Assembly (NCBI RefSeq): GCF_001194135.2
Contig: NC_068982.1
Coordinates: 11,379,567 to 11,443,566, forward strand
Length of the DNA: 64,000 nt
Reading direction: 5' to 3'
DNA from: Octopus bimaculoides
Lineage: Eukaryota
Below are positions 39,096 through 52,261 of the stretch, piece after piece (position 1 is the stretch's first letter; the number at the start of each line of letters is the position of its first letter). A model generated the notes under the pieces. That model saw nothing but the letters and a program-made list of their open reading frames with translations, did no database searches and had not been told where the DNA came from. A program made the translations under genes and the position numbers.

Positions 39096-40570
39096 AAAAT
39101 ATAATTCTTGAATAAAACATAATACACTTCTGAAAACTGTAAATTCTAAGATGCTTTGTAAAGAGTTTATCAAAATATTACAGCATTATTGTTTGGCACA
39201 GTTTCTCATTAACTTTTACAGAAAATTAAATTTTACTACAATTACCAAACTTGAATTTTTATCAATGTATATCTGTTTTATTTCATAATGTTTCTTCATA
39301 ATGCATTCAGCTTCAGTTTGAAAGAAAAAAAGCTAGTTTCAAAGATCTAATTATACATTTTCTTCTGTTGAAAACTTGTAGACTAATGTTTTAAAATTTC
39401 TGAAATTTCATCATTCCATAATTATTCTTTTTTATGTTTTCATATGCTCTTTGAATGAGAAATATATATCTATTTTTTAGCATTTGTTATAATAATTGTT
39501 ATTTTTATTATGATTCATTTAAAATATTTTATGAAAACAATATTGTATTTACTTAATGCTTTCAAACTAAATCTTTTTGTTTAAATTTATTCATCATAAA
39601 TAATTATTTTAGTCTTGTACAACTTATTAATAATGCAGTTAACACAAACTTTTTAAACATAAATATCAAAATCTCTCGAAATTTGTCAATATTTATTTCA
39701 TTTGAATTGCATTAGCAGCCTGTAATAGCTCCTTCATATTTATGAATAGCTGCTTTAAAATTATTTTCTTTAAAAAAAAATTAAAATCAGAAGAAATCTC
39801 TAAAATAAAAAAAAATGTTTGAAAAAAATTCTATAAAAAGTAGTAATATAAATATGAAAAAAAAATATAAATAATTTTGAAAAATAATATTTTTTAAAGA
39901 GTAATCCATTTGAATGTAAGAGACATGCATGTTTAGAAAGATGAATAAATGAAGACTAAAAGCTCAGGATAATAAAGACAAATCAGCAATCTCTTTTAAA
40001 GTAATAAGAATGGAAAAGAAAAAAAAAAATTAAATGAAAAGATACATTCAATGATTGCTTACAAATCAAACCCCCAAAAGCTTTCAAAGATAGCAGAAAA
40101 TGATGGCTTGTACTAAAAAAAAAAAAAAAAAATTAAATAATATTTACATTCTAAAGTCAAGAAGTTAAAAAAAAAAATGTTAAACCATTCTACAATTTGA
40201 AAAGCAAGGTAGCAAAAGCGCAAACCTTTCATATACAAGGAAGCAAATAGCAGTCACCATATAAGCATGGTTTCAATTTCAATTCCAAACAATTTGAAAA
40301 TACTTGGGAAAAAAAAAAAAGAATGAAATAAATTTGCTTTAGAAATATTGTTGATTTTTAAATTTGCAGCAATGAATAATTTTTTTTTTTTTTTTTTTTT
40401 GTAATTCAACATAGAATTAGTGGAGAAAACGTCATAAAATTTAAAAGGAAGAAAAACAGAATTTGTATTTTATCTCTAGTTATTAATACTAAAAGTTTTG
40501 TTCCAAACATTGGATGTTTTTTCATGTATTTTGGAGATGCTCTTTGCTGCTATATATGTGAATGTGTGTA

Positions 40571-40609
<39 letters not shown>

Positions 40610-40619
40610 GTACACATAT

Positions 40620-40650
<31 letters not shown>

Positions 40651-40780
40651 CATACATACACACCTAGTATATTCATGTATTTATGTGTACATGCATTTAA
40701 GCACATACATACGTATATACATATCTACATGCTTAAATATCCAAACACACACATACACACATATAAATATATAAACAAAC

Positions 40781-40827
<47 letters not shown>

Positions 40828-41424
40828 TATATTTATATATACATTTATATATGCATGTGTGTGTGCGTGCATATATACTTATATACGCACATATATATTT
40901 TAAAGAGTTAAGATATTTAGGTGCACATACATACATTTATATGTATGTATGTGTGTACATAAATACTTATATACATGTACATACATGTATATATATTTTA
41001 CAGAAGTTAAAATATATATTTATATACATACACATATATATATATTTACACATATGTATGCACATTTATACATACATGTATATTCATACACTCACACGCA
41101 CACTCACATATATATTTATGAAGCTCTACACACATCTTGTCTTCATAATCTTAATCATTTGATGTCCTTTCTTAGATGATCTATAAATTTCTAAAAAAAT
41201 TTCTAATATATTTCATATATAAATTTTTGCATTGCTTCATTCTTCATCTTTTGTTCATGGTTTTATTCAACCTTGAATGTTCTAATCTGCAATATTTGGC
41301 TCGCAATAGTTGCAGGTGGTCAAATCAATACTATCTAAAGCTTGCAGATTCTTATTCTGACCACAGTGCCGTGTCACAGCAATGTCACTTATCTCTTAAA
41401 CGAGTCTCTGAGATAAGAAGTTGG

Positions 41425-41826
41425 GGATCTTTTTTAAAACGGGGGCCACATTTTTCATTAATGTTTTACATAGTGTTTTTGGTACAGAAAGACTTTCAAA
41501 CTTCGTATACTTATCTATTTTGTGTTATAGAACAGAAAAATATTTTTGTATTCGAATTTATTTCATGTAAAAAATTGTCTTATTTCGATAATTTCAACCA
41601 ATCACTGACAAGTATTCAGTTGTTTATATTTACTCCTTTGGCTGATTAAGCGATGTAAAGCGTATTTAATCTCCATACCTTCGTTTTATTTGCTAACTTA
41701 GGGATTTCTTTTTTTTTTTAAGAAGACTAAGAGAAAAAGATGTTTTATATGACACATTCTACCAGTGTTCCAAGTTTCAAAGTGTTTCGTTAATGAAAAA
41801 TGTGGCCCCCATTTTAAAAAAGATCC
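41425..41826. mobile_element. MITE with ~37-bp TIRs (GGATC...GATCC) and 8-bp TSD GAAGTTGG; Merlin-like
   Basis: 5' ggatcttttttaaaacgggggccacatttttcattaa; 3' ttaatgaaaaatgtggcccccattttaaaaaagatcc; GAAGTTGG at 41417-41424 and 41827-41834. Confidence 0.85.
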
Positions 41827-42487
41827 GAAGTTGGTGTTTGCATGATCACTTAAGCTGCTAAAAATAGCAGCCAAATCTCCCTCAGATCATCACATACTCT
41901 TAAAAAACAAAAAAGAATGAACACTCACTGGAAACTATGTTTGTAAAATTCCTTACTGAATTCTCCCATTCGCATCTGAACAACAAATATCACTTAGCTT
42001 CCCAACTTCATCTTCAGCCATATTGCAGATTACCTTAGCTACAATACTGCCATAGATATTCCCAATGACAGCTTCATTAAAAAAGATGCTATCAGCACAT
42101 GTATGGCTAACAAATGTATTGATAATTTACTCACTTTGGGTAGTACGGCCAGTTTCATAGATGAGTATGGATCCAAGCACATCTCAATTGCAACATTACC
42201 ACAAGACTTGCCAACTCAAATTAAATAGATTATTTCTGCAGCTTTCAGTATTACAAACAATTCTTTATTTACTTTCTCACTCATGGTTTTTTTTTTTTTT
42301 TTTTTAGCAGTGAATTTAAATGCTTGTATAAATTACATTGTTCCACTTTAATTCCAAGACATATTTTTCATAAAAGAGATAACTGTTATATTGAAACTTT
42401 TAAGATCATTTTCACTCACTTTTCTTTGATTTGTTCCTTTGTTGGTGGCCCTTCTTCATTTTCTTTTTTCTTTTTTTTTTGTTACAT

Positions 42488-43008
42488 CTTCATCATCATT
42501 TAACGTCCGTTGTCCATGCTGGCATGGGTTGGACGGTTTGACTGGGCTGGCATGCTGAAAGGCTGCACCAAACTCCAGTCTGTTTTGGTGTGGTTTCTAT
42601 GACTGGATGCCCTTCCTAATGCCAACCACTCCGAGGATGTAATAGGTACTTTTATCTACCACCAGCATGGATGCCATTTGCATGACACCGGTATCTGCCA
42701 TGACTGTAAAGTGGTTGGTGTTCAGAAGGGCATCCAGTTGTAAAAACCTTGCCAAAACTGACCTTGCCTGTGCTTGTGCCACATAAAAAGCACGAAGTCC
42801 ACTCTGCTGAGTGATTGGTGTTAGGANNNNNNNNNNTTGTGCCACATAAAAAGCACGAAGTCCACTCTGCTGAGTGATTGGTGTTAGGAAGGGCATCCAG
42901 CTGTAAAAATCCTGCCAAAACAGTTGCAGAAGTCTGATGCAGGCTTCTACTTGGTTGGCTCTTGTCAAACCACCCTACTCATGCCAGCATGGAAGGCGGA
43001 TGTTAAAC

Positions 43009-43040
<32 letters not shown>
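42488..43040. mobile_element. Head-to-head SINE family C copies (includes a gap-spanning duplication)
   Basis: (CAT)n...ggatgcccttcctaatgccaacc at left; gaagggcatccag...gttaaac(GAT)n at right. Confidence 0.75.
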
Positions 43041-43041
<1 letters not shown>

Positions 43042-44110
43042 TCATCTTTTGGATGCCATTGCTGAGTCCTTCCTCAGTCTTTTTGTGGTGAACATGAGCA
43101 ATAAGTGTTACAATGTTTTCTTATCAATAATCCACACTAGGTAAATTATTGATGCATTCTAGATGCCTGTCTACTTTCTAACACCGAAGATCTCATGCAT
43201 TCTGTTTCCTACAATAAATTCTACATCAAACTGGATCTAAAAACAACATGCTATATGATTCCATTCCTCAATGGTGGTAAGAAATATACTGAATTTCAAG
43301 CTGACGGATGCTTATTCTTGCCTACAAGGTTACCCTTCCATGAGACTAATGCCATAAGTGCTTTTCAAAGAGTGATGGATGGTAAAATTTATGACAATGA
43401 TATCAAAAGAGTTCAAGTGCATTTAGATGATGTTATTGTCATTGAAAAAAAAAAAAAAACTAATAAGGAACATGATGGGAACTTGGTTCAATTTATTTCA
43501 GTTACTAAGAAACTTCAACATTACACTGAACAATGAATGCCAATAATCTTCTCTGCCAAACATCCATTTGTTACCAAGGACACAAAATAGAAAATTATTG
43601 TCTGTAAACTGATTCAGTAAGATTGAAATCATTTGATTGATTCCTATAAATGCTAATCCACTACAACAGCTATAGGGCTTGTTTCATTACTGCCATAAAT
43701 AGATACCTTCTTTCTAGGAATTAAAACCTCTACTAAATCCTAGATTTTCTCTTACAAAAAGTGGATATCTAGATACTATTCATTTGCTTAAGACTTGAAT
43801 AGCTAATGCCTCTTTCTTACCTGTCTTACCTGAAGTTTCATTGTATGTTAACACTAAGATTTGTGTTACAACAATTTTACAAGTAATTCCACAGAAAACT
43901 TTCTCACCCAGAATGAAATTCATTGCCTTTTGAAAAGGAATCTATGTCTATCATAGAAAGTGCAAGGAAATGGCAAATCTTTTTTATTTTGGGGGCCATT
44001 TTACATTACACAATTGCCATCATCAGGCAATCACATGGAATTATTGTTGCTGATTCTCTTACCAGATGCTCCTTGATTATATTTCCTCCTGGAGTCAAAA
44101 ATCTACGTAA
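43040..44110 (+). mobile_element. Degraded Ty3/Gypsy pol fragment (RT and RNase H)
   Basis: KLDLKTTCYMIP...RLPFHETNAISAFQRVMD...VHLDDVIV...EHDGNL (RT) and EKESMSIIESARKW (RNase H), with stops and frameshifts. Confidence 0.85.
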
Positions 44111-44384
44111 GCTTTTGAATTATCTGGGGGGGGGGGGTACTCAGTAATGGTGTCATGTCAGATTTAAGAACTTACCATTTTCTTTTGAAAATATTTAAAA
44201 ATAACATGTGACAAATGCTACTAAAACTTGTTGAGCTGTTCCTCATCCAAAAGAGCAGAGGAAGAAGGACTTAACTTGGATCCATTTGGAAGTTTGTTGC
44301 AGGAAGGACATCCTGCAATAGAAAAATTGTCTCAGTAAGTCTTGTCTAATGCATGATAGTATGGAAAAGTGGATGCTGTACACA

Positions 44385-44768
44385 CTCTTAACTCCCAACC
44401 ACATGGTTCCAGGTTTAGCTCCTCTGCATGGCATCTTAGGTGGGTGTCTTGTACTATAGCCTTGGACCGACCAAATTCTTGTGAGTGGTTTTGGCAGACA
44501 GAAGCTAATAGAAACCCATCATATCTATCTATCTGTCTGTCTGTCTGTCTGTCTATCTATACATATATATTATGTGAGTGTATGTATGTGTGTGTTTGTG
44601 CAAGCACTTGTGTGTGTGTGTGTATCTGTCTTTGTCCCCCACCAATACTTGACAAAAAAATATAAGTACTGGGGTCAATCCATTTGACCCCAGTACTAAT
44701 TGATTCTTCAGGGTGATGCCCCGGCATGGCCACAGTCTAATGACTAAAACAAATAAAAGATAAAAGAC

Positions 44769-44804
<36 letters not shown>

Positions 44805-45639
44805 CTATGAATAATTATATATATTTGTGTGCCTAATTTCATGTGTGTGTATGTGTGTGTGTACGTGTGTGTGTATGCGTGTGTGTGCGCGTGCGTGTGC
44901 GTGTGTGTATGTTAGTATTAACTTCATGCACCACAAAGAAAAGCTTCTGGAAACCTGTTGTCTCTTAATTCCAAATAGATATATGTGATTACATTCATTT
45001 AACAACACAAAGCAGTGAAATACGAATTTTGAAAATAAAAATAATACATCCAATTATTTTTGAATGGTCTGATTGAGCTGAAAATCAATTGTTGGTGAGA
45101 AATTTGAATATTCTATAAGTGCTGAAGTGAACTGTGACAAGATAAACATCTTCAGAGATAGTTAAATAGCAAATTAATGAAAACTCGGAATTGGCATATT
45201 GACAGATACACGTCTAGCCCTTAATTCAATGATATTTATAAAAGTGTTTATTGAGGATATCTATTTTTATACTGTCTTTTATATACAGTAATAATAAGAA
45301 AAATCTATCTTGTAAATATTTGGTTCAAATTGTTATAATTAAACAGATGATACTTGATAATTTCAAACATTGGATTATACACTTTCATATGATAGTACAA
45401 ACGATACACGCTAAATGTTTATGTAACAGATACATGCAATAAATAGATTGGTTTAGTCAAAAATATGGAACCAGATCATTAGCAGAACAAAATATATATA
45501 GAAATATTTTTGACTTGAACAATTTTTTTTTATTTATCTCTTTTACTTGTTTCAGTCATTAGACAGACTACAGCCATGCTTGGGCAACGCCTTGAATTTT
45601 AAGTCAAATAAATTGACCCCAGTACTTATATATTCATTT

Positions 45640-45670
<31 letters not shown>

Positions 45671-45985
45671 AGCCTTGTACTTATTCTATCAGTCTCTTTT
45701 GCCAAACTACTAAGTTACAGGGATGTTAACACACTAGCACCTGTTGTCAAGCAGTGATAGGAGACAAACACTGACACACAGACACACATGCATAAATATA
45801 TTAATATATATATATATATATATATATGACAGGTGGGTTTCTTTCAGCTTCCATCTACCACATCCCCTCACAAGGCCCCAGGCTATAATAGAAGACACTT
45901 GCCCAAGGTGACACACAGTGGGACTGAACCTGGAACCATATGTTTGAGAAGCAAATTTCTTACCACACAGCCATGCCTGCACCTA
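44385..45985. mobile_element. Tail-to-tail SINE family B pair (+ 44385-44765; - 45535-45985)
   Basis: Family B motifs in opposite orientations. Confidence 0.8.
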
Positions 45986-46261
45986 TCCATAGTCACACCT
46001 GTGCTTATCCACACAGCCACACCAACGCCTATAATGGGTAATTATTTGTTTGTTATTCTTTTTGTGTTCAAAACTCTATTTCAATAGACCAGTCATGGGC
46101 TGAAACTGGCCTGTGGGACTTTCTGAATGGCTCACCTAATGAAAAATAACTTTGAATTTTTTAGTAGTGCGGCTTGCCCAATGATGAGCCATGTCTCATG
46201 CAGCATACTTCTCAAGAAAGGTTGCCTATGACTGTAAAAGACTATAACTAAATTTATATCG

Positions 46262-46430
46262 TTATTATTATGCAAAAGTGTGCCATAAGTCTAAAATGTG
46301 GCTTTTTCAGGAAATGAAAAATAGCTTCACCATTCCATAGCAAAATCGTTGTACTGCACTTTGAGACAATTTTTGATATTTTGGCATCTGAAGCAGCTGG
46401 AGATACGATAGTTTGACCAAAAGAACCAGC

Positions 46431-46478
<48 letters not shown>

Positions 46479-46645
46479 CTATTATGCAAAAGTATTATAA
46501 GTCCAAAACGTTGCTTTTTCAAGATACGAAAAGATATTTTCACCATTCCATAAAAAAACCAGTGTACTACATTTTGACAATTTTTGATATCTTGGCATCT
46601 GAAGCAGCTGTAGATACGACTGACCAAAAGAACTGGCAATTGCAA
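46262..46645 (+). repeat. Direct duplication of ~170 bp separated by (TA)n
   Basis: tatgcaaaagt...ttcaccattccata...acaatttttgatat.ttggcatctgaagcagctg.agatacga...tgaccaaaagaac occurs twice. Confidence 0.8.
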
Positions 46646-46769
46646 GCAAAAATAAATATTAAATAAAACACATTTGGCCAAATTTGGACATACAACAGTT
46701 TAACATAATAGTAATGATATGTAAACTAATTTTCTAATGAAATTTAAGCATTTGATAGCCTTTCAACAT

Positions 46770-47700
46770 TTCATATTGTTTTAGCCATTAGAGTGCGGAT
46801 GTGCTGGTGCACCACCTTGAAGAATTTTTTAGTTGAATGAATTGAATGCATACTTATATTTTTTCTAAACTCGCTATTTATTCTATCAGTCTCTTTAACC
46901 AAACCACTAAGTAACAAGGACATAAATTACACAAGCACCAGTTATCAAGCGGTGGGTGATGGGGGGTGGAGGACAAGCACAGATGCAAAAGCAAACACAG
47001 ACACATGTGTATAGACACGACGGGCTTCTTTCAGTTTCTTATTTCGTTATTGCCCACAAGGGGCTAAACATGGAGGGGACAAACAAGGACAGATAAAGGG
47101 ATTAAGTCGATTACATCGACCCCAGTGCATAACTGGTACTTAATTTATCGACCCTGAAAGAATGAAAGGCAAAGTCGACTACGGTGGAATTTGAACCCAG
47201 AACATAATGGCAGACGAAATACCGCTAAACATTTCGCCTGGCATGCTTAGATTCTGCCAGCTCGCCACCTTCATTCAGGCTTCTTTCAGTTTCTACCTAC
47301 CAAATCTACATATACAATGCCCTTCTTCCAGTTGTCATCATTCAAAACCATGTGCAAAGGCTTTGGACAGCCTGAGGCTATACTAGAAGACACTTGCCTA
47401 AAGTGCCACTCTGCAGGACTGAACCCAGAACCATGTGGTTGGGAAGCAAGTTTCTTAACCACACAGCCATGTTTCCTAATTCAATGCAGCATCATGCAAT
47501 AAAAAAATAATAATTTTGTTTTTCTTTTATTGGCTCAAGGCCTGAAATTTTGGAAGAGGAAACGAGTCAATTACATCAACCCCAGTGTTTAACTGGTACT
47601 TATCTAATTAACCCTGAAAGGATGAAAGGCAAAGTCGACTTTGGTAGAATTTGAACTTAGAACATAAAGACAGATGAAATGCCACTAAGCATTTTGGCTA
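46770..47700 (-). mobile_element. SINE family B with nested family A (47040-47277, 17-bp TSD), plus another family A (47530-47700)
   Basis: ggcttctttcagtttct duplicated at 47023-47039 and 47278-47294. Confidence 0.85.
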
Positions 47701-48707
47701 GTGTAAAATAAATAGATAATAATGCATAAAAAACCATATATATGTATTTAAAACTGGACAATTTCTCCTGTTTACTTGTTGAACAAAAGCTATTCTGAAT
47801 TTCTAAACTTACCTAAAAGGTCAGAATTTGCAACTTGACTAACTTTAAGTAGAATTTATGGATTCAAAAACCCATCTTCCTTGTTTGGTTCTTCCAGTTA
47901 CATAATGATATTGCTTTTAAGCTGTTATTATTTAGATGTAATTTTGAAGAAGGGGGGGGGGGCAGATAAAAAAAAGGATAAAAAAGAAAAAGAAAAAAAA
48001 GGAAAAATTCCAAACCTGTAAAACTCAGTGGTTGACAGTAAAAAGTAACACTGAAATATTACGTGAAAACGTTAAATGTCAATATTCAAAGGCACAATAA
48101 AATCTATTTAATATGTGTGGTGTTTTCGTCTTTCCTATGGTATTTAACATAGAGGATTTATTAGCTCGTTCACGTGCCACATGTTTGTTCATTGAACATC
48201 TTTTAACTTGTTTGTCAACAAGCTACATGTTAATAATTTTGTCACAAAAAAAAAAGAAAAAACGTATGCTTTTATTAGCTCTAGTCAATGGACCACCGCC
48301 ATACTGAGATACAATTTTTACAGGTTTTAGTTGCTTATATCAACCCCAGTATTTTGTCAAGCTTATTTTATTGATCTTACGAAGGACAATTGGCAAATAT
48401 GATTTGGATGTAAAGAGATGTTACTAGGACAGAAAAAAAAAATTTGTTTGATGCACTGATTTTGCGATCTCTTACTGACACTCCCAAGTGTTTATCCTCG
48501 AGGTTTTTACATATGTTTTTTCCATGCTGGTATGGGTTGAACAAGACTTTGTAAAAATTATTCTAAAGTTAAATGCCAACCTGTACTTGTTTTTAAGCAA
48601 GGTACTTTATATTATCTCTTCACACATCTAACCACTGGCTGCTGGATTTTTGTGGGGACGAATCACCACAGCCCAAGTAGTATCAATACAAAGACAGGCA
48701 GAGATAG

Positions 48708-48751
<44 letters not shown>

Positions 48752-48789
48752 GCTACTATATAGTTCCTGTTAGCCAAATTTCACTCACG

Positions 48790-49405
48790 ATATTTATTTC
48801 GTTATTGCTCACATGACAAAGGAATTAAATCGATTACATCAACCCCAGTGCATAACTGGTACTTATTTAACTGACCTCGAAAGGATGAAAGGCAAATTTG
48901 ACCTTGGCGGAAGTTGAATGTAATGGCAGATGATATATTGCTAAGCATTTTGCCCGGCGTGCTAACGTTTCTGCCAGCTTGTCGCCTTATTATTCACATG
49001 ATATCGGTCAAACTTGGGCACAGGTGTGGCTGTGAGGCAAGCAGTTTGCTTCCTAACCACATGGTCCCACTGCATGGCACCTTGGGCAAGTATCTTCTAC
49101 TATAACCTTGGGATGACCAAGGCCTTGTGAGTGGATTTAGTAGACTGAAACTCAAAGAAGCTTGTTGCATGTGTGTGTGTGTGTCCCTTTGTGTCTGTGT
49201 TTCTCCCCCACCACAGCTTCACAACCAGTGTTGGTGTGTATATGTCCCAATAGCGTAGTTGTTTGGCAAAATTGACCAATAGAATAAGTTCTAGGCTCAA
49301 AAAGATAAGTACTGGAGTCGATATGTTTGACTAAAATCCTTCAAGGCAGTGCCCCAGCATGACCATAGTCTAATGACTAAAGCAAGTAAAAAATAAAAGA
49401 TGAAA
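48790..49405. mobile_element. SINE family A (-, 48790-48990) and family B (+, 49020-49405)
   Basis: Diagnostic motifs. Confidence 0.8.
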
Positions 49406-49431
49406 TGAAAGATATTGTTTGGCACCTTGGG

Positions 49432-50673
49432 CCATACAATCTAAATCTGTGTGGTTGTGAAAAGAATGTCTGAACCACACAACCATGTTTAATCCCTACA
49501 CACATGCATAGAGATACACAAAGAAGTTTCCATACAGTTTCCATCAACCAAACTTCACTCACAAGGCTTTGGTCAAACTGAAGCTCTTGTAAAACTTACT
49601 TGCCCAAGGTGTCACTAGTTGTATCAAACTAAGATCCATGCGACTGCGAAGCAAACTTATTAATTGCTCAGACGTATTTATTGATAAATCCTTTCTGCAA
49701 AATCAGCATTTACAAAGAGATAATCTCAAGTAAATATTGTGGCAAATAGCACTGCAGGCTACTGTCACTACAATTAGCAGTATTTCTAATATATTTCAAT
49801 ACTATCACTTTCCAAACTCTTTTCATATTAACTTTAGTGATTACTGCACACCAGATTACATCTAGCATTTAGTTTCATTTGCTAATGTTTATTGACTCAA
49901 CTGTTTCTGATTTTTATTTTCACCACTTATTTAATATTCAATTTGTCACTTCTTTTGAGTTTTAGTGCTAATACTTTAAAATAACAATCTTTATATTTGT
50001 TTGATGCTATTACTAAAAATTTTACCTCTCTTCTTTGATTTCTATTTAATAATTTTCAAGTATCTAACTTTTTTTTCTGAACTCTCTTGAATTTCAAGAA
50101 TTGATTACTATGTTTTCTGGGGCATGCTAATCCTTTTTTTTTTTTTTTAACTAAAATATTTCTTCATTGTCATGTTTGCTGCTGTTAACAGACAAAAAGA
50201 ATATAATCGTTTCTACTCTAGGCACAACGCTCAAAATTTTTGGATAGGGAAGGGGCCAGTCAATTAGATCGACCCCAGTACACAATTTATTGACCCTGAA
50301 AGGATGAAAGGCAAAGTTGACCTCAGTGGAATTTGAACTCAGAATGTAAACACAGACGAAATACTGCTAAGCATTTTGCCCAGCGTGCTAACGTTTCTAT
50401 CAGCTCACTGTATTTATTGATAAATAAATACATTTGCAAGATTGATAAGTTTGCTTCACAGTCACAGGGATCCAAGTTTGATACAACTAGTGACACCTTG
50501 GGCAAGTAAGTTTTACAAGAGCTTCAGTTTGACCAAAGCCTTGTGAGTGAAGTTTAGTTGATGGAAACTGTACGGAAACTTCTTTGTGTATGTCTATGCA
50601 TGTGTGTAGGGATTAAACATGGTTGTGTAGTTAAGACATTCTTTTCACAACCACACAGATTTAGTTTGTATGG
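49432..50673. repeat. Recent inverted duplication, 229-bp arms 49432-49660 and 50445-50673
   Basis: About 11 mismatches counted by eye; both arms share the same private SINE-head mutations. Confidence 0.9.
50210..50405 (-). mobile_element. SINE family A
   Basis: gaaaggatgaaaggcaaagttgacctc...gaactcagaa...cgtgctaacgtttct. Confidence 0.8.
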
Positions 50674-51301
50674 TACCTTGGGCAAGTGCCTTCTACATTA
50701 TCTTTTATTTCATTGCCGCCTTACAAGAAGAATATAATGTAAGAGGTTATGATGAAATATTTTTTTCTCGTTAGCATCTTTTTATACCCTTTGAATTGCA
50801 GATCTGCAGTTTATTGCATGTAATGTAACTCTTTCAGGTCACTTTTAACTATTTTAATTTTGTGCCTTCTTGACTTAAAACTACATAATTACCAACTACA
50901 TAATTACCTTGCAGTTGGTAATTACGTTAATTTATCCTGAATCATTCATTGCTTCAGCATTCAAATTATTATCCTTGTCTCCTACTTGCAGGAAATGTTT
51001 TCGCAGCCCACATACAATTAGATTACTGTTGTTCATATTTACCCATCAAATCATAGTTTGTTCTGCTTTAGCTTCCAAGATTTCTAACTTTATTGCTCAC
51101 ATTTCATTTGTCATGTAAAATCCTATTTATAGAAATCACATCATGTAAATTCAGAATTCACATAAGGATCAAAAGCAAAAACATTTACCTAAACTATTTC
51201 TAGTTTAGGAATACTTTAGGTAAACAAAAAGTTGTTGACATTAAACCACCAATGGCTTTGTTCTGACAGAGATTGAGTGTCTTAGCAAACATTGACTACT
51301 A

Positions 51302-51321
51302 TTTCCAGAAATTTCTGGAAG
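51302..51321. promoter_or_regulatory. Perfect four-unit heat-shock-element-like sequence (nTTCnnGAAnnTTCnnGAAn)
   Basis: tTTCcaGAAatTTCtgGAAg; also an 18-bp perfect palindrome. Confidence 0.35.
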
Positions 51322-52219
51322 CAGGTAATAGCTTTCACATTCAACATATCTAAGATTGAATTCAATTCCTACATATTATCTATAAAGATAGCATGGCTTC
51401 CAATCTTAAAAATTTTTTTTATGACATCTTAGTGTTAACCATCTTAAAATGTAGTTTTTGTGAATGAAATCTATATTTCAGAGTTCATATATAATATTGA
51501 TATTGCATATATCAACAATAAGAACTAAATTATCTTTCTAAAAAAAACAGTAGAATTTTTATTTAGTTCTACTAAAAAATACTCAGAGAACAATACGTTC
51601 CAAAAGTAGCCTGTCCAAAGTTCAAAATACAATAGTGTCTATAAACTTCTAGTTATATTATATCACCTTTTATGCTAACTCTTCTAAGTATCTATGTATG
51701 ACCTTGCTTTACAGGCCATGCTCTCAGCAATTATCATTCATTCTAAATTATTTCCTGTGTAAGTTTCAAAGTTCTGGGATATCTAAAATTGTGACTTTAA
51801 CTTTCATATACAAATAAATCCTTTAGCCATTTGAAATTTTTATTTTTAGAAAAAGAAAAACAATTTTTCCAGCTTTTAGAAATAATTATATTGTTTATTG
51901 CAATTTGCAATCACATGCAATTGGGAAACCTTTCATATATTTCTGTCATTTGAGGTTATCAGCATATCCTTTTATAACATAATTATAATTAAATTTGTTT
52001 GCTGGTCTTCATGAATATTATAAAGCAGTAATGTGATTACTCAGAATAATCAACTGATATCCATCCTGATGTTTTAATCAAATGGATAAATTTCAAATGC
52101 TCATTTCAGACGAGAATTTATCTGGTTGATCATAAAAATCCTTATTAATATTAAGTATTAAATAAAATTTACCTTTGATAAATTTTTATGCTCTTATATA
52201 CTTTTCTGCAGCTTCAGGG

Positions 52220-52261
<42 letters not shown>

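Noticed and set aside
42776-42890. Exact ~50-bp direct repeat
   Set aside because: Identical copies on either side of a 10-N gap: unmerged contig overlap.
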